This document shows positions 35,601 through 45,255 of a stretch of 64,000 bases of DNA, one piece after another; the stretch's first letter is position 1; the number at the start of each line of letters is the position of its first letter. This stretch comes from Flavobacterium sp. (GTDB lineage: Bacteria; Bacteroidota; Bacteroidia; Flavobacteriales; Flavobacteriaceae). The position numbers and the translations under genes were made by a program. The stretch is taken from the NCBI RefSeq assembly GCF_046293665.1, contig NZ_JBKBOL010000007.1, forward strand, positions 83,950 through 147,949, read 5' to 3'. The notes below the pieces were generated by a model, which was given only the letters and a program-made list of their open reading frames with translations, was not told the origin of the DNA and did no database searches.

Positions 35601-38600
35601 TTGCTTTTGGTATTCCTTGAGAACACTTGGATTGTTGGTATTGTTTATGTCAAAACCGAACCACATTAGTTGGGTACTTTCATTTTGATATTCGAATCTT
35701 TTATTGTTTTGATTCTGATAGTTTATTTGAAAATATTGCATCCCGTTGCTAAGCTCTGTTTTGCCATAGTAATTATGAGATATTCTCTCATTATTTTTCA
35801 AGGTATTCCATTGGGTAGTTTTAAATTGGTCTAATGAAGCATCATACATAGAAGCCAAGACTTCAGCTTCTAATTTAGCATTGTTTTCTTTGATTTTGAA
35901 AGACCAATTTTCCTCATTTCCCGGTTCTAATTTATTTCTGAAGCTTTCGATTTCGAAACTAATTTTGGGAACATCTTCTTTAAGTACAATTATTTTATCT
36001 GTTCTAAAATATTGATTTTCAAATACATTTTCAACGGTGAGTTTAAATCCTTTGCGCACATAATTTGCAATTGGGATTCTAATTTCTTGTTGGTGGTTTT
36101 TCACCATAATATCATTTTCGTATATGAGACTGTCTTGAAAATGGGCACTAAGCGAAAGATTCAATTCCGGTAAAGCGGTTTTAATCAATATTTTGGCAAA
36201 GCCATCTTTTATCGGATTTTCGTTGACTTGTTCGATTGTTACCAAACTGTTTTCTGGAACATTATTAGTTTTCTTTTGGAAAAGTTGAAAATCAGTTGAG
36301 GTTTCAATCGGATTATTGAATTGATCACTGGCTGAAAAAACTACTTTGTAATGCCCTGATTTATAATTAGAAATAAAATTTAATGGCAGCGTTTTTTCCT
36401 TTGCAGTGTTGATTTTTTTTGTGTAAACTAATAATCCATTGATGTTACTCTCAGTTGCTTCTTCATTATTTTCATATGGGAACAGTTTTTCAAAATCTGA
36501 ATCAGAAATAGATTTTATTTCCGGTTGATTGAAAACTCTTTTTTTGAATTTATTAAGGAATGCTTTCTGATAATATATTTTTATTTCTCCTTCTACGGGA
36601 ATGAATTGATTATTGAGGTTAGTACTGTTTATCAACATGTTTCCTTTTTCATTGGAGTTCAAGATGGAAGGTATCAATACTTCTAATTTTAAAGTGTGAT
36701 AACCTACTTTAACAATGGTATTTGCTGAGTGAGTTTCTCCATTATTATCAGTTACATCGGCTGTGATTACATAGTTAAACGTTGGCAGATTCTCTCTGGG
36801 ATAATCTTTAGCCGGAATGGCATCGAATTCAATATTAAATTTACCATCAGCATCGGTTTTTGTTTCCGATGAAACTAGTGTTTCTTCATCATTTGACCAA
36901 TCATCTCTCCAATTGTTAAACGATTTTCTTTCAACTGTATAAGTTACTTTAGCGTCGGATATTTTACTTCCTGCAAAGGCTTTCGCTATTCCTACAACTT
37001 TTATTTTTTGGTTTACGGTATAAGTTTCTGTAACGGGTTCAAATTTGGTTTCAAACTTAGGGCGTTTGTATTCTTCTACACTAAAATACGTATAAGAGTC
37101 ATTCATTTCTCCATTGTCCCAAATAGGATGCTCTTCCAATATGGTATTGTAAAGCGCGTCTTTTTCGTAATCATCTGGTTCTTCAATACTTAGATTGTAT
37201 TGTCCGGTTATGCCATTTTTTGGCAGTACAAATTCGCCAACAAAAGATCCAAATTCATTAGTAGTTAGTTCAAATGATTTGAGTTCGTCTCCATTGGCAT
37301 CTTCTACAATGACTTTTAGTAAAAAATTGGGCAATATTTTTTGTTCATTATGCAACGTTTGTGTCGCAATGCCTTTGAAATAAACTGTTTGACCCGGACG
37401 ATATATTGCTCTATCGAGATAGAAATTTACTTTGGCTTCAATTTCAGAGTCGTAATCTGAATAATATTGTCTAATATAGTTGCCGAGTACCTGAATTGTG
37501 TCATTTAGATGGATTACTGCAATTTTTTTATCTTGAAACTTATAGTCTTTCTTTTGATGGTCAAGTTTAAAAAAGGCAATTCCCTTTTCGTTTGTTTTTA
37601 AATCGAAATAATCACTTTTTATTTGACAATCGACAATTGGTTGGCCTGTTTTTCTGTGGATAGTTTGAAAATACAGTTTATTTTCTTTTTGGTAACTCAA
37701 CAGTGTTGAATTAGTTACGGTGATTTTTTTGTAGATTGATTTCGATTTTATTTCGCTCAAGTCTTCAACTAAAACAATATAATTTCCCAATTCTAGTTCG
37801 GGAAAAAGAACCTCTGTGCTGTAGTTGAAATAATCCTTTTGGTTTGGTAAATAATATTTCTTAGAGATGTTTTTTTTGCTCTTGGATTTGTGATTTTTTA
37901 CTATACTATCATTAGTCAAATCGGCATGGAAAATTTTGCTGTTTACTTTGTAAAATGAGATCTGTATTGAATCTACATTTTTGAAATGAATTTGTGCTCT
38001 CGTTTTTTCTTTCTCGTAAGTATATTGCAACATGTTTAGGTCAAGCTCTTTCGAGATTATCCAATTTTTTTGCTGAATTCCTTTTTTGACTGCATTTGAT
38101 TTGTTTGGAATAGCTATGATACTATCCAAGATACTTAAAGCTTTAGCGTTGTAATTTTTAAAATCCTTTTTTGAAGCTGAATTTTTATATAGTATAGCTT
38201 TCTCAAGTTGGATTTTTTGGGTTAGATGGTTGTCTTTTGATTGTTTTTGTAAATTGTCAAGTCTCTTTAAAAGTTCATGGTCTTTCTTAATTATATATTT
38301 GTTGCAAAATAATAGACGATCTAATTCGAGTTCAGATGGAGTTGTTTTTAGATTTGCTTTTTGATATAACTCGAGTACTTTTGTTACAGACGGACTTTTT
38401 ATATTGGTTAGTTTTAACGAATTAAATTCTTCGTTATTTCCCAATAAATTCATATTGTAATTCGAGAATTGGAAATCTTGCATTTCCCAGTGGTTGATTT
38501 TTTGAATATAGTAATCAATATTCGCCCGTATTAAATAGTCATATAATGTAGTGTTGTTGAATTTTTCTATTTGGAAGTAATCAAAAATAGGATCATATTG

Positions 38601-39098
38601 TTTTAAGGGTGTATTTTTTAATATTTCAACTTCTTTTAAAGTATTAGTGTAGGCACTGTTTATTTGACTTTCAAAATCATTTAAACTCCAAGTGATAAAA
38701 TCTCTAATTTCAATAGTGTCTCGTTTAGTTCGGCTATAGATTTTATTTTGATTTTTGTCTAGATATGATTTTAAACATCGTGCATAAATTAAATTAAGGA
38801 TTGCTTTTGAAGCAATTGGAGCTTTGGTAATTCTGTCTTGAAGATTGAGAATTATTTTTCTTTGAGCATCTTCTTCCAAAGTCAGCATGTATTTTGAAGA
38901 ATAGAAAAATGTTTTTATAAGTTGCACTTCGTTTTTAGTGCTATTAGCTTTAGATTGAATTTTTGTTACAATTTCGTTGGCGGATTTTATTTTTCCTTCA
39001 TTTTCAAGTTGGATTACCTTGTCCCAGTTTTTGTCAAAGTTTTGAGTGAAGCCAAATGAAAAAATAAAGAATAGAATGGTAGTGTATATATATTTCAT
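32604..39098 (-). CDS. Thioester-containing alpha-2-macroglobulin family protein with an embedded SusC-type CarboxypepD_reg-like + Plug module
   Basis: About 2164 aa from the ATG at 39098, with signal peptide MKYIYTTILFFIFSFGFTQ. Features: MG-type 'YRPGQTVYFKGIAT', 'NETAFFFPQIRTD...LTEWKLR', the thioester 'CAEQ' (34221-34232), and the SusC-like 'GIVSD..GPLPGANIVIKGT...LQGQIAGLNI...EPLYVVDGVPI...IYGNRGSNGVIIIST' (about 34960-35566). Confidence 0.8.
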   Translation of the reverse strand: MKYIYTTILFFIFSFGFTQNFDKNWDKVIQLENEGKIKSANEIVTKIQSKANSTKNEVQLIKTFFYSSKYMLTLEEDAQRKIILNLQDRITKAPIASKAILNLIYARCLKSYLDKNQNKIYSRTKRDTIEIRDFITWSLNDFESQINSAYTNTLKEVEILKNTPLKQYDPIFDYFQIEKFNNTTLYDYLIRANIDYYIQKINHWEMQDFQFSNYNMNLLGNNEEFNSLKLTNIKSPSVTKVLELYQKANLKTTPSELELDRLLFCNKYIIKKDHELLKRLDNLQKQSKDNHLTQKIQLEKAILYKNSASKKDFKNYNAKALSILDSIIAIPNKSNAVKKGIQQKNWIISKELDLNMLQYTYEKEKTRAQIHFKNVDSIQISFYKVNSKIFHADLTNDSIVKNHKSKSKKNISKKYYLPNQKDYFNYSTEVLFPELELGNYIVLVEDLSEIKSKSIYKKITVTNSTLLSYQKENKLYFQTIHRKTGQPIVDCQIKSDYFDLKTNEKGIAFFKLDHQKKDYKFQDKKIAVIHLNDTIQVLGNYIRQYYSDYDSEIEAKVNFYLDRAIYRPGQTVYFKGIATQTLHNEQKILPNFLLKVIVEDANGDELKSFELTTNEFGSFVGEFVLPKNGITGQYNLSIEEPDDYEKDALYNTILEEHPIWDNGEMNDSYTYFSVEEYKRPKFETKFEPVTETYTVNQKIKVVGIAKAFAGSKISDAKVTYTVERKSFNNWRDDWSNDEETLVSSETKTDADGKFNIEFDAIPAKDYPRENLPTFNYVITADVTDNNGETHSANTIVKVGYHTLKLEVLIPSILNSNEKGNMLINSTNLNNQFIPVEGEIKIYYQKAFLNKFKKRVFNQPEIKSISDSDFEKLFPYENNEEATESNINGLLVYTKKINTAKEKTLPLNFISNYKSGHYKVVFSASDQFNNPIETSTDFQLFQKKTNNVPENSLVTIEQVNENPIKDGFAKILIKTALPELNLSLSAHFQDSLIYENDIMVKNHQQEIRIPIANYVRKGFKLTVENVFENQYFRTDKIIVLKEDVPKISFEIESFRNKLEPGNEENWSFKIKENNAKLEAEVLASMYDASLDQFKTTQWNTLKNNERISHNYYGKTELSNGMQYFQINYQNQNNKRFEYQNESTQLMWFGFDINNTNNPSVLKEYQKQITKKAIKPTNSKLITGIVSDRTGPLPGANIVIKGTNRSTQADFDGYYEIEAAVGEVLIISFTGYNNRIAVVNTNEINVNLIDGGVKLDQVVVEAYRNTTKSSTIVAQATVNSETIENRPNASFIQTLQGQIAGLNITTGTGSPGSGTSIIIRGVGAITSNSEPLYVVDGVPISRDAFLKLNPNDIADAKVLKDAAATSIYGNRGSNGVIIISTLKAIEELTQVKTRTNRNETAFFFPQIRTDKEGKISFKFNAPEELTEWKLRLLAHNKKALTGYLEKSVVTQKELMVFPNMPRFFRENDTIVISAKVANLTPELKTGMAILQLFDATTMENIDTKTKNIDAIRNFTITPSGNSVVSLKITVPQGLQGLQYKVIAKAGNYSDGEESILPVLTNNILVTETIPVWVRENSKKEYVLTNLKNNTSATLRHHLFTLEYTSNPTWIAIQSLPYLMEYEHDCAEQLFSKYYANVLASEVINNNPKIANVFEQWRKSGKPISKLEQNEELKSLLLAETPWMNDAQSEEEKRKNMAVLFDLEKTKSNEEAILHKIKEKQKPSGGFAWFDGGNENEYITRHILSGLGHLQKLKIKKETIDSFTGITKKAINYLDNKYLDNNNISKDYKIWNTQYADLHYLYMRTFYLESNPINEKIKAISTKQLQSIKTDWRTYSIHNKALAAMVLNRFGDKTTAKKIIESLKETSVANEDSGMYWIENKTGWYWYQSPIETQALLIEAFAEITNDNKSVEAMKVWLLKNKQTKNWETTKATTEAIYALLYQGSDWLSVKDNTKIKIGNNKILTTKLTENEKEAETGYVKMNWKADEINNDMANVSFENNSKVPNYGGIYWQYFEDLDQIKSSDKSVMSVTKELYLKKNTNEGKQLEKITSKNPLKIGDLVTVRLVIETKEDMEFIHLKDMRASCFEPVDILSKYEWKERTSYYKSTKDAATHFFFDNVNQGTYVIEYDIRVNNKGDFSNGITTIESMYAPEFTSHTKGIRIKVTE

Positions 39099-39219
39099 AA
39101 AATTTTTTTTCTTTATTGTATAGAGTGACAAAACTTAAGAAAGGTTGGAAAACTTTTAAAGATTTTCTAAAGTACTATTTTTTAAAAGATTTTAGCTAAA
39201 ATTTGTCATGATTGCAAAT

Positions 39220-39253
39220 AAAAAACGTCCCGAGCAATTGGGACGTTTTTTTT
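39220..39253 (-). terminator. Intrinsic terminator of the 1906-aa gene (copy 2 of the identical 34-nt hairpin)
   Basis: aaaaaacgtcccgagcaattgggacgtttttttt is identical to 32570-32603. It lies 18 nt past the stop at 39272. Confidence 0.85.
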
Positions 39254-39271
39254 ATGGGTTAAATGAGTGTT

Positions 39272-42200
39272 TTAATGAATCAATTTCTTTTTCACTACTA
39301 TATCATTCTCGAGTTTGATTTCAGCTATATAAATGCCATTAGGATAATTGAAACTGTCTGAGAGTTGTTTTGATGCATTCGACAGATTGTAGTGATTGAT
39401 TAATTTTCCTGAAATGTCAAAAATCTTAACAGATTCAATAAATTCACTCGAGGTCACTTTGATAGTATTATTAGAAATTGTTGCAAAAGTATTACTGTTG
39501 TCCGGATTGTTTACGTTTAAGGCATTGGTAACATATACTATTTCAAATCTATTTTCAAAAGTACCAGCAACCGAATTAAAGGTGTATGGACTTTGTTTGA
39601 TATTATGGTCAATAGAAAGTAAATTGTCTCTCAAGTAAATGGTTTGATCTCCTAAAAACAATCCGTCTAATTCATCCACTGCAATTGAATACATACCCGG
39701 ATTAGTGATTTTGTAGCCTAAAGGAACTACATCGTTTTCATCAAATGGTAATGCTCTTCCTTGGATTGCCAAGCTTTTATCATTTAAAATAGAATAGAGG
39801 TTTATCTCGTTGTTTGTAAAGCTTACACCATCATAATAGGTGTCGAAACCATTTGTAGCTTCTGCCTTATAATTAACCATCATCTGTCGGAATGTATTGT
39901 CGCTGTATAGGTTTAGCCAGATTCTGTTGTTTTCAGAACTATTTTCAGAATCAGTAGTGAAGTTGGAGGTTCTGAAAAACTGGTTATTATCATTCATTAC
40001 CCGCATGCTGTTGTTGAATGTAATGTTACCATCAGCATAAACTTGAGCAAAGAAACCTTGCCCTGCTGCAATTTTTCCATTTGGTTTTAAACTTGCATTA
40101 GAAGGGTCTGTTGAAGGAGCTGTTCCAACACCTCCTGAAAGATTCCAACTAGCGTAATCCAAAACATTATAAGGACCAAGTCCGTTATACAATGTAATTG
40201 ATGTCCAAAAGAATAAAGTTCCTCCTAATTCTGAATTGCTTTCAGGAAGACTTGTTGGTGATATACCATATTTTAAAAATTTCTCTCCGTCAATAGCGCT
40301 TGGATACGGATTTGAAAGTAAAACGGTGTTACCGGCAACAGTTGAGCTTGCGTCAAAACTATCAACAGGTACGGTTACTGCCCCATTTCCCGGAGTGCCT
40401 TGAAATACAAAATCTATAGTTCCTGTACCGGTACTAAAAGGAGCAATATTACTTACTCTGGTAATGAAACCTTGTCCGGGAACAACAGAAGATAAACTCA
40501 TCCACGCACCAGTTGAAGTGCCGGATTGCCATCTGTATTTCAAATCAAATTGGCTTGGGATTTGACTAAAGATGTTTTCTGCGACAGGCGTACCCCAATA
40601 AACATAACCCCATCGTGTCATTGGACGTGTTGTTCGCGTCATTTTTATAAATCCGTTATTGATGGCGGTGTCATTAATTTGGATTAAACTAGCACTGTTT
40701 TTTATGTCAAATAGTCCTCCGGTTTTAACAAGAACTTCATCGGTTATGGTGATGTTGTTGTTAGATTCGATGGTCAAATTTCCTCCGCTTTTCACAGTTA
40801 TGTTTTTACCATAAGCTTCATAATTTGTTCCGGAAATGATTGGGTCATGAGGCGTGTCGGGAATGATGATACAGTTGCTGGAGTCGGGTTTCCCCAATGG
40901 CATCCAATTTTCATCGTCATCCCAAAGACTGTCTGTTCCATTCCAAATTTTGGTTTTATTTGTTACTGTAATAACTTGAGAAGTTAAACACCCATTGTCT
41001 AAAATAGCATTTACACTGAAATTAAAACTGGCAAGTTCTAATTGCGCTAAAGTTGGTTTTACATAAATTACAGGTGCAGTTGTCAAAGGATCATAAGCAA
41101 TGGTACAGGCAGCATCTGTAAATGCCGGAATAGTGGTGTCCCAATTTAAATTGACATTCGGTCTATTACCAAACAATTTAATATCATCTACAGCTATTCC
41201 ATCACACCAGTTGTTATTGTAATATCTTACCCTAACCTTAAGTTGATTCACTCCAATGTAAGCAGATAAGTCATAAGTTAAAGTTTCAAATCTTGTTCCG
41301 ATTCCAACGTCTTCAGTAAAGCGCTTTATTTCAATCCAACTAGAACCGTTATTAGTAGAAACATCAATTGTAGCATATTCATCTGTCGGATAAGCACCAT
41401 CAATAAAATATCTAGAATAGAACAATCTCAAACTTAAAGTTAAGCTGGTGAAATTCACTGTACTCACAGTTGATGAAGCAATTTGATTGTGTACATACGG
41501 TATTGCGTTAGCAAAGTCTGAAGTAGCCATGGCAAATCCATTACCAGTAACGCCAGATGAAACCGCAGGATACCAAGTGTTCACTCCTGAAATGGCTGTT
41601 GGGATATAAGTGCTTGTTCTGTTTTGCCATTGCGTATCAGCATTACGAACACTCGATGTGATATTGGTGTTGGTGAAAGTGCCTAATCCTGAATTGAACA
41701 TTTCATTAATCAAATGTACTTCTTCTACATCTCCGGTGGCTGATAATTCAACACCAACGTCTTCACCGCAAGAAGTTGGATTAACGGGTAAATAAGTAAG
41801 AGTAGGAATCGGACTCACAATTGCTGTTACAGCTGTTCTGGTCAGCGATTCACATCCATTGTATGCCGTTACATAATAAGTTGTCGTAGCGCTTAAAGAT
41901 GGAGTTGTCCAAATTCCAGTTGCTGTTGTGGCCACTAATGTTGCTCCTGTTGGTGTGGTGTACCATCTGAATTCAGATACCGTAGGTACAACTACAGCAC
42001 TGGTAGTTTCGAGATTAACAGTTCCCGGTCCACAAGTTCTTCCGTCAGTTATAGAAGTAATTGCAGCATTACAACTGGCTACTACCGTGAACAAGTAATC
42101 TTCCGTTTCACCTCCGTTATTGAGGTTTCCACATGGTGTAAAAGTTGTTGATCCTAAGCCGCCATTGAGATCGACACGAATACGAATTCTGTAATTGCCT

Positions 42201-44992
42201 AATGCTTGACCGGAAGGAATAATGAATCCGAAAGTGGTTGAACCTGTTGAGATGGTTCCTGAATTATAGACCATCTCCGTTGTGTTGTCAAAAGTTCCGT
42301 CTTTATTCCAATCTACCCAAGCCTTCATAAAGGAAGAGTAGGTGGCTTGAACAGAAACATTAACACCATATCCTTGGGCTTGACGACATAAATTCGTCAA
42401 GTTTGTAAAATCCTGATAACCTAGTGGAGTTGATGAATAAGTTGAATAGTTCGAAACATCATTCAATGTTCCAATAAAACTAACTTCAGTTAAATAATTG
42501 TCATCTTCTCTACCGTTGGATACAGATGGAGTACAATAATTTGATATTATAGTCGCAATTGATCCATTTAAAGGAGTTGTTGTATTGTAAGCTGGGCCAC
42601 CGGTACAAGACGAATTATAGGCAAAAACAAAAATATAATAGGTTGTGGTAGCTGATAATCCTGACGCCAAAAATGTCACATTAGAGTCATTATCAACAAC
42701 GGTATTTCCGACACCAACGGTTCCTCCAATAGAATATGATGTACCATTGACTGGAGTTGGCGTAGTCCCGGTAGTGTTTATAACAACTAAATAATTATTC
42801 GGAGCCGGACTCGGGGCGGTGAAGCTACCATTTATTGTAGTTCCTGTAGAATTTAAAATTAAGGAAGAAGGTTGTGAAGTAGGAGCAACACAAACAATAG
42901 GGTCTATAATGGTAATAGTGTAATCCTCGGTTTCGCCAAAAGTTCCATTCATTGTACAACTTGATGATGAAGTGATATTAGTTTGTCTACCATATCTAAT
43001 TCTCATTCTGGTTGAACCTAATGCGGCACCTGCCGGGATTGCGACTGCGATGGTGTTAATCGAGTTAGCGATAACGCCATTCCCAAAAGTAAAGTATTCC
43101 GTAGCATCAAAAACTTGGTTTTGATTGAAGTCAATCCATGCAGCTAATCCGTGTTTTTTATTTCCAATACCTGTTCCTACACTTAAATTGTAGGTGTTTC
43201 CGCGAGTTACAGTAGTCGTTTGTGCTCCTGTTGGAGGATAATTAGTATATCCGGCTGAAGAGCAAGTTGTATTATTGACTAAAGTGTTCAAAGTTACATT
43301 GGCAATATAATCTCCGTTGGTAGTACAGTTTAAGTTGCCGGTAGGGATACAATAATTTGTAGACAAAGTTGTTGTGTTTCCGTTTAATGGCGTTGTGTTT
43401 AAATACAAAGGACCACCGGTACAAGAGGAGTTAAAAGAGAATACAAAGAAGTGATACTGGGTGCTGATTGTCAGTCCTGTAGCGGTAAATGTAGTGTCGT
43501 TGTCAATGTCTACTACAGTATTTCCAGCGCCAACAGTTCCTCCAATAGTATAAGTAGTTCCATTTACTGGTGTTGGAATTGTTCCGGAAGTATTTCTAAT
43601 AACCAAATAACTATTAGGCGCAGGAGAAGCTGCCGTAAATGTTCCTAAAACTGAGGTTCCGCCCGGAGTTAAAATCAGATTAGTTGCTTGTGCAGTTGGC
43701 GTACTACAAGGTAAAATTGCTTGTACATTAATTTTATAATCCTGAGCATCAGTTAGACTATTTGTGTTACACGGAGTTGCTGCACCTTCTGCATTAAAAG
43801 CCAGTTCGACTCTTAGTCTCGACAAATCAACTACGGCTGTTCCGGGAACAGTAAATGTGTTGGAGACAGTAACGCTTTGTGCAGCAGCAACGGTCGAAGT
43901 TGTTGATAAAACGGTTTCAGTTGCAATATCGAAAACACCATTTAAATTCCAATCAATCCAAGCCGAGATGTTCTTTTGCGAAGTTGTTTGGTTCCAAATA
44001 GTAACGCTGATTGTATAGGAGTTGGATTGAATTAAATTAGTTGAAATACTTGGATAATAGTTGATATAACCATTCCAAGCAGTATTGTTTTGATTGATGG
44101 TGTTTAGAGTAACATTGCTGATATAAGAGGTTGCAGGAGTATTTCCTCCAACAGAACAATAAGTCAAACAGCTTGAGCCATAGGCGGTAGTAATGATAAC
44201 ATCATCAAAAGAATTATCACATGAGCCATTTGAAATAGTCCATCTCAGTGTGGCTGATGTTCCCAAAGCCAATCCTGTTACACCAGAAGTTGGAGAGTTT
44301 GGGGTTGTAATTGTAGCCGTACCTGTTACAACTGACCAAGTTCCGGTTCCAACAGCAGGAGTGTTTCCTGATAAAGTTGTAGAAGTTGTGCAAGCTGTTA
44401 AAGTTTGATCGGTTCCGGCATAAGCTGATGATGGGGCCGTTCCGGTAGTGGATGTTAGGGTGTTTGTAACAGTTGTACCATTTACTAATCCTAGTATTGC
44501 ACCGTGAGTTACTCCAACTCTTGTCGTGTTTCTGGTGATATCTCCTGTACTTGCTGTGTTTGTAGCCCTTACTTGAATGCCACTAATCGTCATAGCGTCT
44601 GTTCTGTTTGTTCCTGAAACACTGTATGTTATTGTGATCATACTAGCGGTTACTGAAATAGCGGCAGCACTTATGTTTCTTCCACCGACAAATGCGACTG
44701 TTCCGGTTCCTGCCAGAAATTCGAAATTTGTTGGCGCAACTAAGTCGATTACATGGTTGGTAGCGGCAGAGAAATTTCCATTGGCAGCTTCGGTTACAAC
44801 AATGTCACCAAGGACTTTATAGCCTGAAGGGTAACCTGAACAAACGCTTATTGATAAGTTCGGTTTAGTGATGACTACTTGAGAATAACTTTCATAACTT
44901 GTGGTTAGTAACAGAAATAAAAAAAAGCTTTTTTTGACTACTGTGAATACTTTTAAGTAACAAGTAAATATTGTTTTGTAATTGTTTTTCAT
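39272..44992 (-). CDS. Giant T9SS-sorted surface protein with three (FN3-like)+GEVED modules, a jelly-roll (MAM-like) domain and a conserved C-terminal module
   Basis: 1906 aa with a signal peptide. GEVED-like 'AQDYKINV', 'GETEDYTITI' and 'GETEDYLFTV'. The C-terminal tail is '...VKIFDISGKLI...NGIYIAEIKLENDIVVKKKLIH'. Confidence 0.85.
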   Translation of the reverse strand: MKNNYKTIFTCYLKVFTVVKKSFFLFLLLTTSYESYSQVVITKPNLSISVCSGYPSGYKVLGDIVVTEAANGNFSAATNHVIDLVAPTNFEFLAGTGTVAFVGGRNISAAAISVTASMITITYSVSGTNRTDAMTISGIQVRATNTASTGDITRNTTRVGVTHGAILGLVNGTTVTNTLTSTTGTAPSSAYAGTDQTLTACTTSTTLSGNTPAVGTGTWSVVTGTATITTPNSPTSGVTGLALGTSATLRWTISNGSCDNSFDDVIITTAYGSSCLTYCSVGGNTPATSYISNVTLNTINQNNTAWNGYINYYPSISTNLIQSNSYTISVTIWNQTTSQKNISAWIDWNLNGVFDIATETVLSTTSTVAAAQSVTVSNTFTVPGTAVVDLSRLRVELAFNAEGAATPCNTNSLTDAQDYKINVQAILPCSTPTAQATNLILTPGGTSVLGTFTAASPAPNSYLVIRNTSGTIPTPVNGTTYTIGGTVGAGNTVVDIDNDTTFTATGLTISTQYHFFVFSFNSSCTGGPLYLNTTPLNGNTTTLSTNYCIPTGNLNCTTNGDYIANVTLNTLVNNTTCSSAGYTNYPPTGAQTTTVTRGNTYNLSVGTGIGNKKHGLAAWIDFNQNQVFDATEYFTFGNGVIANSINTIAVAIPAGAALGSTRMRIRYGRQTNITSSSSCTMNGTFGETEDYTITIIDPIVCVAPTSQPSSLILNSTGTTINGSFTAPSPAPNNYLVVINTTGTTPTPVNGTSYSIGGTVGVGNTVVDNDSNVTFLASGLSATTTYYIFVFAYNSSCTGGPAYNTTTPLNGSIATIISNYCTPSVSNGREDDNYLTEVSFIGTLNDVSNYSTYSSTPLGYQDFTNLTNLCRQAQGYGVNVSVQATYSSFMKAWVDWNKDGTFDNTTEMVYNSGTISTGSTTFGFIIPSGQALGNYRIRIRVDLNGGLGSTTFTPCGNLNNGGETEDYLFTVVASCNAAITSITDGRTCGPGTVNLETTSAVVVPTVSEFRWYTTPTGATLVATTATGIWTTPSLSATTTYYVTAYNGCESLTRTAVTAIVSPIPTLTYLPVNPTSCGEDVGVELSATGDVEEVHLINEMFNSGLGTFTNTNITSSVRNADTQWQNRTSTYIPTAISGVNTWYPAVSSGVTGNGFAMATSDFANAIPYVHNQIASSTVSTVNFTSLTLSLRLFYSRYFIDGAYPTDEYATIDVSTNNGSSWIEIKRFTEDVGIGTRFETLTYDLSAYIGVNQLKVRVRYYNNNWCDGIAVDDIKLFGNRPNVNLNWDTTIPAFTDAACTIAYDPLTTAPVIYVKPTLAQLELASFNFSVNAILDNGCLTSQVITVTNKTKIWNGTDSLWDDDENWMPLGKPDSSNCIIIPDTPHDPIISGTNYEAYGKNITVKSGGNLTIESNNNITITDEVLVKTGGLFDIKNSASLIQINDTAINNGFIKMTRTTRPMTRWGYVYWGTPVAENIFSQIPSQFDLKYRWQSGTSTGAWMSLSSVVPGQGFITRVSNIAPFSTGTGTIDFVFQGTPGNGAVTVPVDSFDASSTVAGNTVLLSNPYPSAIDGEKFLKYGISPTSLPESNSELGGTLFFWTSITLYNGLGPYNVLDYASWNLSGGVGTAPSTDPSNASLKPNGKIAAGQGFFAQVYADGNITFNNSMRVMNDNNQFFRTSNFTTDSENSSENNRIWLNLYSDNTFRQMMVNYKAEATNGFDTYYDGVSFTNNEINLYSILNDKSLAIQGRALPFDENDVVPLGYKITNPGMYSIAVDELDGLFLGDQTIYLRDNLLSIDHNIKQSPYTFNSVAGTFENRFEIVYVTNALNVNNPDNSNTFATISNNTIKVTSSEFIESVKIFDISGKLINHYNLSNASKQLSDSFNYPNGIYIAEIKLENDIVVKKKLIH

Positions 44993-45033
44993 AAACTAGT
45001 TCGATTTTCATTTAACAATTTAATTTTGACAAT

Positions 45034-45041
45034 CAAATATA
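45034..45041 (-). promoter_or_regulatory. Candidate -7 box TATATTTG for the 1906-aa gene
   Basis: Exact TAnnTTTG, 41 nt upstream of the ATG at 44992. Confidence 0.45.
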
Positions 45042-45193
45042 GTGAAATTAGCCTGTAATTCATTGTTTTTTAGTTAATATGTTAGTAAATATTTAGTTTT
45101 TAAACAATTTTAATGTATTGTTATTATTTTTAGTATTATACTGCTTTTTCATGAATAATTGTCAGGTATCCATGCTTTTTTAAAGCAATTCTG

Positions 45194-45226
45194 AAAAAAC
45201 TAAAGCACTTTGAAAAAGCGCTTTAG
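45194..45226 (-). terminator. Intrinsic terminator of the 1675-aa gene
   Basis: On the minus strand, CUAAAGCGC-(9-nt loop)-GUGCUUUAG (9 bp including one G-U) is followed by U6. Confidence 0.75.
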
Positions 45227-45255
45227 CGATAATTTATATAAATAAGAATTGACTT

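Noticed and set aside
32637-37383. Nine plus-strand ORFs (61-108 aa) antisense to the A2M gene
   Set aside because: They are all embedded in one continuous 6.5-kb minus-strand CDS with coherent domain order. They are hydrophobic and low-complexity, as expected from reverse reading of K/N/E-rich codons.
39099-39131. TTG-initiated 11-codon extension of the A2M ORF
   Set aside because: The ATG at 39098 gives a canonical signal peptide (MKYIYTTILFFIFSFGFTQ), so there is no need for the TTG start.
39129-39137. Possible A2M promoter box (TAAGTTTTG on the minus strand)
   Set aside because: It has three rather than two spacer bases between TA and TTTG, so it is not an exact TAnnTTTG. It was left uncalled.
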